DNA of 64,000 nt from a virus (taxonomy: Duplodnaviria > Caudoviricetes). Under the pieces are notes generated by a model that saw only the letters and a list, made by a program, of their open reading frames with translations, had not been told where the DNA came from and did not search any database. The stretch is taken from positions 64,001-128,000 of IMG/VR virus record IMGVR_UViG_3300021431_000081. One strand, 5' to 3'. A program made the translations under genes and the position numbers. Positions 51,148 through 60,640 of this stretch are shown piece after piece. The stretch's first letter is position 1, and every line of letters starts with the position of its first letter.

Positions 51148-51202
51148 GTATAAAAATAAGTACTAAAATTCATTATTTTAGTACTTATTTTTATACAAAA
51201 AA
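51142..51202. repeat. Perfect 28-bp-arm inverted repeat with 5-nt spacer
   Basis: TTTTTTGTATAAAAATAAGTACTAAAAT-tcatt-ATTTTAGTACTTATTTTTATACAAAAAA. Confidence 0.85.
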
Positions 51203-51222
51203 AATAAGGAGGCCATGATACA

Positions 51223-51843
51223 ATGATTATGATGAAAATAGCCAAAAACTTTGGTGTTTCCATTGATTGTATTTTTGGAAAACGTATGATTCCCAAAAAT
51301 GCGGTATATGGGCGTATTAACCCATATACATATTTCTACTGTGAGGATTTTTCGCAATTTACAGAAAAACGCCCAGACAGAGAACAGGATAACCATCAAA
51401 ACGTGGTAATTGAATCTAGTATTTGGAAGACTTCCCAAAAATCCGCTAAAGATTTTCGGGAAGAAATGCGGAAACAACACTATTTCTGCGTCTATGTATT
51501 AGACGTGAAAAAAGATGGTGATTGGCATTATTGTACAATTTCCCGTAATGGGAAAATGGGGAAGGAACTATTAGATTTTGTATCAAAAAATTATCTGTTT
51601 GATACAAAATGTATCTATAATTATTGTCTAAAAGGCGATACATATATTGCCACGAATGGCAAGCATTCCGGCGCTATTCGCAGACATAAAAGCGGTAGTG
51701 GAGGCCGACTTCCCGCCACTAATACAATCACAGACTATGATTGTGTTGGATCGGCGCAAATGAGGGCCGGGCATGTGGAAGGATACCCGGCATATATGCC
51801 ATATGGGGATGGTAAGCAGAGAACAAAAAGAGTGAAGGAGTAA
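51223..51843 (+). CDS. Hypothetical protein
   Basis: 206 aa; AAGGAGG RBS; followed by a terminator. Confidence 0.75.
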   Translation: MIMMKIAKNFGVSIDCIFGKRMIPKNAVYGRINPYTYFYCEDFSQFTEKRPDREQDNHQNVVIESSIWKTSQKSAKDFREEMRKQHYFCVYVLDVKKDGDWHYCTISRNGKMGKELLDFVSKNYLFDTKCIYNYCLKGDTYIATNGKHSGAIRRHKSGSGGRLPATNTITDYDCVGSAQMRAGHVEGYPAYMPYGDGKQRTKRVKE

Positions 51844-51867
51844 GAGCGGTTTATCCGCTCTTTTTTT
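51842..51867 (+). terminator. Intrinsic terminator
   Basis: AAGAGCGG-ttta-TCCGCTC followed by a T-tract. Confidence 0.8.
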
Positions 51868-51933
51868 ATGCCATTTTTAGGAGGTGATATTATGGATTTT
51901 TCGTAATCCAAATATAAGAAGGGGGTAATAAAT

Positions 51934-52155
51934 ATGACGTATTATTATATTTATTACGAACATCGTGTAAATCCTGCAGCCTTTTTTGAACAACCTGCTT
52001 ATTTACACGAATGGTTTGACTCTATAGAGTCACGAGATGCACATATTAACAAATTCAATGACGGTTTATTTAATACTGTCATTGAAATAGGGGAGGGGTA
52101 TTTTAATAAAGGTAGACTAATACCTAATAAGAATACCGCAATAAAATATTCTTAA
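51934..52155 (+). CDS. Hypothetical protein
   Basis: 73 aa with RBS. Confidence 0.6.
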   Translation: MTYYYIYYEHRVNPAAFFEQPAYLHEWFDSIESRDAHINKFNDGLFNTVIEIGEGYFNKGRLIPNKNTAIKYS

Positions 52156-52256
52156 TATCCCTCTGTATTCAGACGGTCTGAATACTAATCTTAAGAATAA
52201 GCTATTAACCCGGTCAGGTTTTGACGTTTTTATTATTTGAATAGCTTTATTCTTTT

Positions 52257-52288
52257 TGCCGTGATACGGTTCGACTCCGTACACGGTA
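52257..52288 (+). ncRNA. tRNA minihelix-like element (acceptor stem plus T-arm only)
   Basis: UGCCGUG-A-UACGG-UUCGACU-CCGUA-CACGGUA: 7-bp plus 5-bp stems with a canonical T-loop. Confidence 0.5.
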
Positions 52289-52400
52289 TTTGGGTTGCCA
52301 CAAAAAACGCAAGTAAACCTTCGTTTTTTGTGGCGTAAAAGTCCCGTGAAAAGCAAAGCAAATAAGGCAAACGAAATTATAAATTACAAGGAGAATACAA

Positions 52401-52634
52401 ATGGATAAAAACACTTTTGAAAGAAATTGGAATATTAAAGTGGAAGATCTCCACTTTAAACAGGCAATCTCTGACCAGTACGGTGTAGAAATTCCCGGCA
52501 CCGAGATTGCGAAAGTAGGACCGTTTGAGGTCTGGAGGGAAAACGGATCTACTTACAGAGTAAGTAAAAACCGTGTTGTATGCCGTTGGCGTACTAACCT
52601 TAGTGTTTATCAGGCAAAGGAGGTCTGGGCATAA
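52401..52634 (+). CDS. Hypothetical protein
   Basis: 77 aa; AAGGAG RBS. Confidence 0.7.
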   Translation: MDKNTFERNWNIKVEDLHFKQAISDQYGVEIPGTEIAKVGPFEVWRENGSTYRVSKNRVVCRWRTNLSVYQAKEVWA

Positions 52635-53128
52635 TGGAAACTACTATTTATGTACCTTATGAATCCCGTAAGGAAACTGTTTGTGTGTATTTCATAAACG
52701 GAGCGTGTATGAGAATCGTTCCTGCCACTTCTACTTTTGTGATAGCAGAATTATTGATTAATGGAAAAAGTGTAGCGGTCGAAACGTCCGAACATTTCCA
52801 TGGACAATGGAAACTGGAATATAACGGTGAAAAATACGTTGCTCATGTTTGGTACACAGAAAATGAAGAAGAGGAGGAAGAGATCGTGGAAGAATGGAAG
52901 GAAAAGGAAATCATTGTTTCTTACTGGAAGAAGGAAGGTGTGCCGGGATGCAAGGTAACCCGTACACGTTGCATCTCTAATGTTACAGGAGAACAGAAAG
53001 ATTTCTTTGAATTGGGAGGGTGGCAACCATTCCCGATCAAAGGCAAATTCGAATCAACCTATGGCTATATTGCTAGTTGGCTGATTCGTAACGGCTACAA
53101 ACAGATAAGGGAGGTGAGATACATTTAA
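52634..53128 (+). CDS. Hypothetical protein
   Basis: 164 aa; coupled TAATG start. Confidence 0.7.
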   Translation: METTIYVPYESRKETVCVYFINGACMRIVPATSTFVIAELLINGKSVAVETSEHFHGQWKLEYNGEKYVAHVWYTENEEEEEEIVEEWKEKEIIVSYWKKEGVPGCKVTRTRCISNVTGEQKDFFELGGWQPFPIKGKFESTYGYIASWLIRNGYKQIREVRYI

Positions 53129-53232
53129 CAAATCAAATGTCCGCATGTTCTCAAGGCAACTGAACGTTTGCTCTAAAAAAAGAAACGCTTTTTCCTATTA
53201 GCCACGAGAACAGAAACTGTATACAATTTACA

Positions 53233-53307
53233 GGCTCATGTGTAATTGGTACACCGTAGTGAAACGGATGACGGAATAGCTATGCAGGTTCGAATCCTGA
53301 TGAGTCA
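53233..53307 (+). ncRNA. Degenerate tRNA-like element
   Basis: GGCUCAU/AUGAGUC stem, D-like arm with AAUUGG, and T-arm CAGG-UUCGAAU-CCUG; no canonical anticodon arm. Confidence 0.45.
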
Positions 53308-53341
53308 TTTCTTGAAAAAAGAAATTACAAGGAGGTAACAA

Positions 53342-53488
53342 ATGGTTTATCTGACTAAAGAAAGCACTTACGAAATAACCCGGGAAGCGGTACTTGACAT
53401 GTGGGATCTGATGTGGACTGCTTATGGAACGGAAAAGGAAGAAAAAGAGGAAGAAAAGGAGGTAACAAATGGCAAAAGAAGCAACTAA
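53342..53488 (+). CDS. Small acidic hypothetical protein (48 aa, below track cutoff)
   Basis: AAGGAGGT RBS; MVYLTKESTYEITREAVLDMWDLMW... Confidence 0.55.
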   Translation: MVYLTKESTYEITREAVLDMWDLMWTAYGTEKEEKEEEKEVTNGKRSN

Positions 53489-53729
53489 CTGGTTTGAGAT
53501 CTGGTTTCAAGATAAGGAAAGCATGCTTGAAACCATGGTCAGAAACATGACTGCTGATTTGGATGCAGGTTATAACTATTTCGGTAACTGCATTAAACAG
53601 CAGAGAAAAACTATTGACGAGTACAGAAATCAGTTTAACCGCCAGATGGATGAATTCAAACTGATGGATGACGCCAAAGTAAACCGTTGGTGTTATTACG
53701 ACATGAAAAAGAGAGGAGTTATAGCATGA
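53469..53729 (+). CDS. Hypothetical protein
   Basis: 86 aa with RBS. Confidence 0.75.
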   Translation: MAKEATNWFEIWFQDKESMLETMVRNMTADLDAGYNYFGNCIKQQRKTIDEYRNQFNRQMDEFKLMDDAKVNRWCYYDMKKRGVIA

Positions 53730-53965
53730 CTACAAGAGAACTGAAGCCTGTAGATGGAAGAAAAAGCTTTTACAACAAGGCTATTGTTTGCACTGAAGAT
53801 GATGGAACAGAAACGCTTTTGAGTTATGGAACGCCTGTTATTAAACGGGACAGAAACGGAAATCTAATTCGTCTGTGGAATGGTTACAGTGTTACTACAA
53901 TGCGTCATGTTAATGCATTCTGTGGTATCAACAAATCCATCTGGATGAAGATGGAAGTTAAATAA
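53726..53965 (+). CDS. Conserved phage hypothetical protein (KSFYNKA...LLSYGT...YSVTTMRHVNAF)
   Basis: Start refined to ATG 53726; 79 aa. Confidence 0.7.
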   Translation: MTTRELKPVDGRKSFYNKAIVCTEDDGTETLLSYGTPVIKRDRNGNLIRLWNGYSVTTMRHVNAFCGINKSIWMKMEVK

Positions 53966-53975
53966 GGAGGCAAAT

Positions 53976-54467
53976 ATGACAGTAAAAGAGAGAAATCGTT
54001 GCATGAAAACCGCAAGGGAATGCGGTTATGGAAACGGCGTTATTGACGCTATCTTCAAGGCAGAAACAGATGCAGAAGTTTACCGTATTCTGGCAACTGC
54101 CAGGGAGAAAAAGGCAAAGGAATATGATGTAACGTATCTGAACCTGTATCACTGGAAACAGGTACGGAAAGCGGTTGCAATGGGTGTTCTGGCGCTCGCA
54201 GCTGTCACACTTCCTACTGGTAAAGCGAAAGCAGATATTTACCCGGAGTGCGGAAAAGTGGTTGAAGTGGTCGACATTACGGAAACTAATCCAATGGATC
54301 TGGTGACCGTGGAAACATTCAATGGAAACCAGTTTATGTTTGCTGTTGATCAGGGAGATTACGAGATTAATGATGTAATCGCCATGATTATGAGTGACCG
54401 AAATACGGAAACGGTCACTGATGATGAAGTAATTACCGCAAAGTATTGCGGATGGATGGAGGAGTGA
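53976..54467 (+). CDS. Hypothetical protein with internal hydrophobic segment
   Basis: 163 aa; AVAMGVLALAAVTL. Confidence 0.7.
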   Translation: MTVKERNRCMKTARECGYGNGVIDAIFKAETDAEVYRILATAREKKAKEYDVTYLNLYHWKQVRKAVAMGVLALAAVTLPTGKAKADIYPECGKVVEVVDITETNPMDLVTVETFNGNQFMFAVDQGDYEINDVIAMIMSDRNTETVTDDEVITAKYCGWMEE

Positions 54468-54468
54468 T

Positions 54469-54684
54469 ATGAATATTGTACCAATCTATCAAGGTAAATG
54501 GAACGAGACGTATAAAGAGTCTGTCACAAGGCAGACTCTTTTACGTAGCAGAAAATGCTCTGGAAGGAGGGATGGAAACGAGATCCTGTTATATAAGGCA
54601 ATAGCTAATATTGTAGGAAGTATTGTGTTTGGTACAGGACTGGTATCGGTCTTGTACGTAATGGTTGTTTATTTAGGTTGCTAA
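54469..54684 (+). CDS. Small membrane protein
   Basis: 71 aa; C-terminal hydrophobic helix. Confidence 0.6.
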   Translation: MNIVPIYQGKWNETYKESVTRQTLLRSRKCSGRRDGNEILLYKAIANIVGSIVFGTGLVSVLYVMVVYLGC

Positions 54685-54712
54685 TCAAGGAAAACAAAAA
54701 GGAGGATTTATT

Positions 54713-55351
54713 ATGACTATTAAAGAAAGAATTGCTACTTTTACATCTGCTTATCCTTACACGTCCATGCGTCTTGTCTCCGAAGATAAAGTGGGGATGA
54801 TCCCTAAAGTAACTACAGATTATCTGGATATGAAGATCGTGTACACGATTAACGTAACTGACTGCGAAGAAGGGAAAAATCTGCCCCACGGAAACAAGAT
54901 CGTATATGTAACTCCCATGTTACTTGAACAGTGGGGAATCACAGAGGGAATTCTCTATAGAGAAATCACGGCAAAAATGGAAAAGGATAATGATTTGCTT
55001 CTCATGAATCTTATGGAGATGATGAATAAATTCATGGGATCTCCTGTATCAACAGATATTAATCCTGACGATCCCATTGTAGTTACCAATTCAGAAGGTG
55101 TGTTTGGTGCGGTTAATATTATCCTGCCAGAAGTACAGAAACGGATTTTCCATATTCTGGGGAGTGGATATTTCATTCTTCCATCATCTGTACATGAGGT
55201 GATTATTCTTAGGGATGATATTATGCATGTACATGATATGCTGTCGATGGTGAGGGAAATCAATGCAGAGATTGTAGATGAATATGATAAGCTGAGCGAT
55301 AATATCTATCACTACAATCCTATCACTAATATGATTACTATTTACAATTAA
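54713..55351 (+). CDS. DUF5688-like protein
   Basis: VTN..FGA..I, YFILPSSVHEVII, MVREIN and LSDNIYHY motifs. Confidence 0.75.
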   Translation: MTIKERIATFTSAYPYTSMRLVSEDKVGMIPKVTTDYLDMKIVYTINVTDCEEGKNLPHGNKIVYVTPMLLEQWGITEGILYREITAKMEKDNDLLLMNLMEMMNKFMGSPVSTDINPDDPIVVTNSEGVFGAVNIILPEVQKRIFHILGSGYFILPSSVHEVIILRDDIMHVHDMLSMVREINAEIVDEYDKLSDNIYHYNPITNMITIYN

Positions 55352-55380
55352 ATATATTAAAAGCAAAGGAGAGCAAAATT

Positions 55381-55782
55381 ATGATGAAGTATGCAAAGAT
55401 TAAAATCGAAAAGGCCCAGGTTAACTCTTGCATGATTTGCGATCTGTACGGGGCGCTGAGAGAAAAGGCAGACGAAACATTCCAGAAAGCAAAGGAACTG
55501 TATCCTGATGCAAATTATAAAGATGTCTGGAATGCCATGGAAGGCCATGGTGTAAATGGTTACAAGATTAAATATGCACGTCCCAGAAGGGAAAACGAGG
55601 ATGACTGGAAAGGTGATGTGATTGAGAACAATGTTGGAGAGATCTGTGAAGAGTGTTTCAACAAACTGGTGAAATGTTATACCAGAATTGATGATGCAGA
55701 GGAGATTGCATTCAGTGCGAAGGAAAGTTATAAGAGCGCACCGGGATTCACGGCAGAAGAGTTTGTAATTGAGGGAGATTGA
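55381..55782 (+). CDS. Hypothetical protein
   Basis: 133 aa; CxxC twice. Confidence 0.7.
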   Translation: MMKYAKIKIEKAQVNSCMICDLYGALREKADETFQKAKELYPDANYKDVWNAMEGHGVNGYKIKYARPRRENEDDWKGDVIENNVGEICEECFNKLVKCYTRIDDAEEIAFSAKESYKSAPGFTAEEFVIEGD

Positions 55783-55800
55783 TTCTCCCTCTTTTCTTTT
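55771..55800 (+). terminator. Intrinsic terminator
   Basis: GAGGGAGA-ttgat-TCTCCCTC followed by a T-tract. Confidence 0.75.
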
Positions 55801-55863
55801 GATCTAAGGAAACTACTTTACACTACAATTGAATAAAAAATAATAAGAAATGAGGTCATAATT

Positions 55864-56856
55864 ATGTTAGAGAAACTGAAAAAGAACCTGTTTGTTGTTA
55901 ACAAAGAGAAAAAGGAAGAAATCGCAACTAAGATTGTTATTAATGAGGGCATCAAGGAAATCGATCCTCTGAGAAAACGTCTGTTTGATATTACCGAGGC
56001 AAATAAACAGGTGATTGGAACTAAGACAAATGCATACATCCCTATGGAATGCTTGGAAGTTCCCGATTTTCAAAGGGAAGATACTCTCGATCCTAAAAAG
56101 GTACAATGGTTAATTGACCATTGGGATTCTATGATGCAGGAACCGCTGTTAGTATCTGTGCATAAGGAAACTTGCACTTATATTATCTTAAATGGTCTGC
56201 ACAGATATCTGGCAATGCTTGCTCTGGGATTCACATCTGTTGAGTGTGTCATCGTAGATATTGAAGAAGACAGGGAAAGAAAAGAAATTGAACTGTTCAT
56301 TGGACAGCAGGACGGTATTGATCGTATGAAACCGCAAGACAAACACAAAGGTCTGGTAAAGCTTGGGGATCCAGCAGCTGTCGCACTTGATAATGCTGTG
56401 AATAATACTAAGGGAGTAGATTTCAAGCACAATAAGAGTAGAGGGAAAGGGAAAGCCGGTGAACTGACCAACTATGATAAAGCATATTTTGTAGCTAAAA
56501 ATGGAATGATTCAGGATGTATTGGATGTTTTAGTTGCAGCAAAATGGAACGAAACGTCTGGTGGTTTGGGTGGTCGTGCTTTAATGATGGTATATGATGT
56601 ACTGTCTACATATAATACACCAGAAGTGAAAGCAGAAATTGCAAAAGTTCTGGTAAAATATAAGCCCAACAAGTTCTATGGATATGCTCGTTTTGCTTAT
56701 CATCTTAGAACAGAAAGCGTTGCATATGATCTGTATCTTGAAGACTGGATCTGTTACAAACTGGGAATCAAACGTTTGATTGATGATGATAACAGAATTG
56801 TAGATCCTATAAAGATAGAAGAAGAATATAATAGAACTCATAAAAAGACCGCATAA
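55864..56856 (+). CDS. ParB/Srx-like N-terminal domain protein
   Basis: FQRE...PLLVS...ILNGLHRYLA (DGxHR-like); 330 aa. Confidence 0.7.
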   Translation: MLEKLKKNLFVVNKEKKEEIATKIVINEGIKEIDPLRKRLFDITEANKQVIGTKTNAYIPMECLEVPDFQREDTLDPKKVQWLIDHWDSMMQEPLLVSVHKETCTYIILNGLHRYLAMLALGFTSVECVIVDIEEDRERKEIELFIGQQDGIDRMKPQDKHKGLVKLGDPAAVALDNAVNNTKGVDFKHNKSRGKGKAGELTNYDKAYFVAKNGMIQDVLDVLVAAKWNETSGGLGGRALMMVYDVLSTYNTPEVKAEIAKVLVKYKPNKFYGYARFAYHLRTESVAYDLYLEDWICYKLGIKRLIDDDNRIVDPIKIEEEYNRTHKKTA

Positions 56857-56884
56857 CTAAAGAAATTAAAAACTATATACAATC

Positions 56885-56929
56885 AAGAGAACGTGTGTTA
56901 TACTGCAAAGCAAACACACGTTCTCTTTT
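56885..56929 (+). terminator. Intrinsic terminator
   Basis: AAGAGAACGTGTGTT...AACACACGTTCTCTTTTT. Confidence 0.75.
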
Positions 56930-57040
56930 ATGGGTGATATACATGATTACTTGTCAAATGACAAGTGATGATTTGTGTTACTCATAGGCAAAGCAAACTA
57001 GAATGTACAGATTGTACAAACAAATTAAGGAGTGAATATT

Positions 57041-57283
57041 ATGAAAAAAGTAGCGAAATGTTTTATCAAAAAATTCGGAGTAAATAGTTATGCGGAAGTA
57101 AGAAAAATGGCAGATACTTACTGCGTACAGACAATCGAAGATAATGAAATCTTAGCTATAGGAAAGGAATTAAAGGGATACGTTGGAGATATTATTACCA
57201 CAATGTATACAGGCGAGAAATTTGGAACTGGTGATTTCGTACTTATGTCTGATAGACACGGTATGATTTGTAAATTTAAATAA
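57041..57283 (+). CDS. Hypothetical protein
   Basis: About 80 aa; AAGGAG RBS. Confidence 0.65.
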   Translation: MKKVAKCFIKKFGVNSYAEVRKMADTYCVQTIEDNEILAIGKELKGYVGDIITTMYTGEKFGTGDFVLMSDRHGMICKFK

Positions 57284-57316
57284 ACAAAATAAATTAAACC
57301 ACAGGAGGTAAACATT

Positions 57317-57697
57317 ATGGCAGCAACTATCACGATTGACAACAAACTGGGACTTACCACGAAAGAAAGACTGGCAATGGATCACCACGTTTACTATCAG
57401 ATGATCATCAATTATCTGGGATATGACAAGGTAAAAGAGTGTGTACCGTTCGATCTGGAAACGCTTATCAAGGCGTATAAGGAAGACGATGCATTCAATA
57501 ATCTGAAACTGAATACATGGGATTATGCAGGTGGATTCAGTGTATTTCAGACTAGATACGAAGAGAAAGTGATTCCTACGCATTCTAGACTGAGAAGTCT
57601 GCTGAAGGACAGCGGTATTAACTGCTACAGCTGTTCTGAAGGTGTATGTATTCTGAAAGAATGCGCAAGAATGATGGTTGAGGAGGCTACGAGATGA
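57317..57697 (+). CDS. Hypothetical protein
   Basis: 126 aa; AGGAGGT RBS. Confidence 0.75.
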   Translation: MAATITIDNKLGLTTKERLAMDHHVYYQMIINYLGYDKVKECVPFDLETLIKAYKEDDAFNNLKLNTWDYAGGFSVFQTRYEEKVIPTHSRLRSLLKDSGINCYSCSEGVCILKECARMMVEEATR

Positions 57698-57933
57698 ATA
57701 GAAAAGAAAATATGGAAAAGATTATGAAATATCTGTTGGACCAGATCCTTTTTGAGAAGCAGATGTTAAGAGATTCCAAACATAAAATGGAAGATGCGAT
57801 TGAAGACAAAGAAGACGAGGTACATATTAACTTCTACAAAAGGTGTGTAGAAAAAAGAGAAAATAATCTTACTAACCTGAGAGAAATGTTGCAGTTTATG
57901 CAGGAACTGCACTATGAGGAGGCTACGAAATGA
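57694..57933 (+). CDS. Hypothetical coiled-coil protein
   Basis: 79 aa; ATGA coupling. Confidence 0.7.
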   Translation: MNRKENMEKIMKYLLDQILFEKQMLRDSKHKMEDAIEDKEDEVHINFYKRCVEKRENNLTNLREMLQFMQELHYEEATK

Positions 57934-58400
57934 GAATCACAAAATATGATACCAGATTGAACGAAGACAAACTTCCTATGCTTGTCAAAGAAGATTCGTT
58001 CAACTACGGAAAGCGAAAGATACAAGTCACTAATCCCAATGATATATACTGGTTCTTTCAGGATGTGGAGAATGCAGAATATTTAGATAGAGAATTTGTA
58101 TTTCTCATCTGTATAGATGTGAAATACAAAATTCTGGGGTATTTCAAGGTAAGTGAAGGGACGATTAATACTTCTCTGGTATCTCCTAGGGAAATATTTA
58201 TTAAGGCTCTGGCAGTAGGTGCAACAAGTATTATTCTTGTACATAATCATCCTACTGGAGATCCTACTCCTTCAAATGAGGATATAAATATAACAAAACA
58301 AATTAAAAATGCAGGAGAAATTTTGCGGGTGGATTTATTAGATCATATTATTCTGGGCGAAAGAAAATATTATTCATTCAATGAATGGGGGCTTTTATAA
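57930..58400 (+). CDS. radC: RadC-like JAB/MPN domain protein
   Basis: E...PREIF..AL..GA..IILVHNHPTGDPTPSNED...LLDHIILG. Confidence 0.9.
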   Translation: MRITKYDTRLNEDKLPMLVKEDSFNYGKRKIQVTNPNDIYWFFQDVENAEYLDREFVFLICIDVKYKILGYFKVSEGTINTSLVSPREIFIKALAVGATSIILVHNHPTGDPTPSNEDINITKQIKNAGEILRVDLLDHIILGERKYYSFNEWGLL

Positions 58401-58609
58401 TGGCATACGCAGTACCTAAACCGAATGGTAACGGAGATTATTTTACCGTAGAAAAAGCAAGTGATGGTTATTATCACATTTACAGATTCGATGCAAACGC
58501 AAAAGCAAGTTACGAAGCATTGATTGGTGAGTTATGGGACAAGGTAAAGTTCGCTGATTTTGACAAGGCAGTTCAATTTTTGGAAAAACATCTGGAAGAG
58601 GTGCATTGA
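58400..58609 (+). CDS. Hypothetical protein
   Basis: 69 aa from coupled ATG 58400. Confidence 0.65.
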   Translation: MAYAVPKPNGNGDYFTVEKASDGYYHIYRFDANAKASYEALIGELWDKVKFADFDKAVQFLEKHLEEVH

Positions 58610-58816
58610 ATGAAAGACGAAAGGAGGTATGAAATCTGGATGCGAAATTATCCGCAGCCTGATGTGAACATTAGTGAAGAATGGGAAATTCCACCTTGTA
58701 AATCATTGAAAAAAGCAAAGGAATTATGTGAAGAATTGGAAGCAAATTATGCTGACGAGGGTTGGAAGGGTCACAGATTGTACAAGGCAAAGTTCTATGC
58801 AGAGGAGGTTCAGTAA
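58610..58816 (+). CDS. Hypothetical protein
   Basis: 68 aa with RBS. Confidence 0.65.
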   Translation: MKDERRYEIWMRNYPQPDVNISEEWEIPPCKSLKKAKELCEELEANYADEGWKGHRLYKAKFYAEEVQ

Positions 58817-59526
58817 TGTACTATAGAGTAAAAAATATTTCAGTAAAAGGAAATAAATTGTTTGTGACAGCAGCAGCAAATAATGTTCGGCCTATCACAT
58901 ATTCTAAAGAAGAATATGACGCAAAGGAAGAAGATCTTCGAGAGAAGGTAAGATCGTTTGCAATCAGTGCTTTGGAAGGGAATTTCCAAGCAACTGGAAG
59001 ATGCAACAAAGAGTCTTTCTGGGAATATGCAGAAACGATTAAGGTTAAGTACCAACTTTTAGAATCCAATTTTAGTTGTGACAGATGGTATGATTTGAAT
59101 AGAGAATCGGAACTAGAGGAACTAATTGCAGATCTTGTTCTTGTTCCGCTATTCTTCGATGAACCTGTTGACTTTGATGAAGCTAAACGAATCTTGACTA
59201 ACTTTGATCGGGATTCGAAATTCATGTATGAAGTAATGGAAAAACGATTTAAAGAAGAAGGAAAGATAATTGTTACATCTGCATGGAGATGTGACATTAT
59301 TCCCGGTACTGATGTAGTGTATACCAAAGATAACAAATGGTATCTTTGTAAGGCAGACCATTATAACAATCATGGAATATTGGATAATGCAGATAATTCT
59401 GCGATTGAATTGGATGATAATAATTACGAATTAAGAAGAGTCTTACTTGGATACGATATAAGTAAGGAAACCTTTGATGAAATTAATAAATTAAAAGGAA
59501 TGATGGAAGAACATAAATATCTATAG
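58816..59526 (+). CDS. Hypothetical protein
   Basis: 236 aa from coupled ATG 58816. Confidence 0.7.
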   Translation: MYYRVKNISVKGNKLFVTAAANNVRPITYSKEEYDAKEEDLREKVRSFAISALEGNFQATGRCNKESFWEYAETIKVKYQLLESNFSCDRWYDLNRESELEELIADLVLVPLFFDEPVDFDEAKRILTNFDRDSKFMYEVMEKRFKEEGKIIVTSAWRCDIIPGTDVVYTKDNKWYLCKADHYNNHGILDNADNSAIELDDNNYELRRVLLGYDISKETFDEINKLKGMMEEHKYL

Positions 59527-59537
59527 GAGATTTAAAA

Positions 59538-60095
59538 ATGAGTGATAATGAATTTCCAATCACGTTTGATTACATGGGCGAAGAAAAGAAAGTGTATTCT
59601 ACGCTTACCGCAAAGGAACTGAAAGAAATCCGTACATCTAAAAAGTTGACGAAAGCAAACATTGAAAGTCTGGCAAAAGATATTAAGTTATGGGCCAGAA
59701 AGAACAGAGATGTTGGCAGTGATTTCTCTCTGCTTTACAACGGAAAACATGAATACAATGAGTATAAGCGTGTACAGAAACCGTGTGGAAAGTATGAATG
59801 GAAAACAATTCACAGAGTGGATAAGAACCAGGATCCGCATAAGTGGTCTGAATGGTTCAGTGAAAATTTTATTCTGGGATTTACCGTGGATGGTAAAATG
59901 TACAGAATGCTGAATTATGGTGATCATCATTTAGCAAAAGCAAAATTAGAAGTGTTGTTAAATATGTACAATTTGTATCTGAAATGTTGCGAGTTCTGTT
60001 ATTGGGAAGTAGCACCGTTAGAAGATATGGAGATTGAATATACCGTCTGGAAGAAAGAGAAAATAGTAAAGAATGTTGAGAGATATTGGTTGTGA
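59538..60095 (+). CDS. Hypothetical protein
   Basis: 185 aa with RBS. Confidence 0.7.
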   Translation: MSDNEFPITFDYMGEEKKVYSTLTAKELKEIRTSKKLTKANIESLAKDIKLWARKNRDVGSDFSLLYNGKHEYNEYKRVQKPCGKYEWKTIHRVDKNQDPHKWSEWFSENFILGFTVDGKMYRMLNYGDHHLAKAKLEVLLNMYNLYLKCCEFCYWEVAPLEDMEIEYTVWKKEKIVKNVERYWL

Positions 60096-60152
60096 AAATA
60101 TTCATATGAACTATGGACGATTAGATTAATTAAAAGAACAGGAGGTAATAAA

Positions 60153-60455
60153 ATGACACTCGAGGAAATGTTGGAAGTTGTAAATGATAGCACGATGATG
60201 GAGATTGTGGATGCAGATACTGGAGAGTTATATTTACATGGCGATGCTTATGAACTGAAAAGCAATGCAATGCCTGGATTTGATGAGGCAGAGGTGATGG
60301 ATGTAAATTGTTACGGAAATCGCCTTACAATCTGCATTGATATGGATAACGATGATTGGGACAGTGATTTGGAGGAAGATTTATTTAATGATCCAGATAC
60401 TGTCGATGGATGGATTCAGCAGGATGTGATTGATATGTATAGGAGGGAAAGATAA
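60153..60455 (+). CDS. Highly acidic small protein (possible nucleic-acid mimic)
   Basis: 100 aa, very D/E-rich; ends QQDVIDMYRRER. Confidence 0.65.
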   Translation: MTLEEMLEVVNDSTMMEIVDADTGELYLHGDAYELKSNAMPGFDEAEVMDVNCYGNRLTICIDMDNDDWDSDLEEDLFNDPDTVDGWIQQDVIDMYRRER

Positions 60456-60640
60456 TGTACAGAATTCATATTGAATTCGCCAACGGAAGTAATTCCTATT
60501 ATAGTTTTGCAATGCCCAAAAAAGAGTATGACAAAGAGTTAAAAAAATGGAAGAAAAACTATAATCTAGAACTGAAATGGACATCAGCTTTAGGTACGTA
60601 TAGTTATTATGCGACAGAAAAGGAGGGCGTTACATGTTAA
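60455..60640 (+). CDS. Hypothetical protein
   Basis: 61 aa, coupled start. Confidence 0.65.
   Translation: MYRIHIEFANGSNSYYSFAMPKKEYDKELKKWKKNYNLELKWTSALGTYSYYATEKEGVTC

Noticed and set aside
51142-51202. Protelomerase (telRL-like) site
   Set aside because: The centre is not palindromic (5-nt spacer) and no tyrosine-recombinase-like gene is recognisable nearby.
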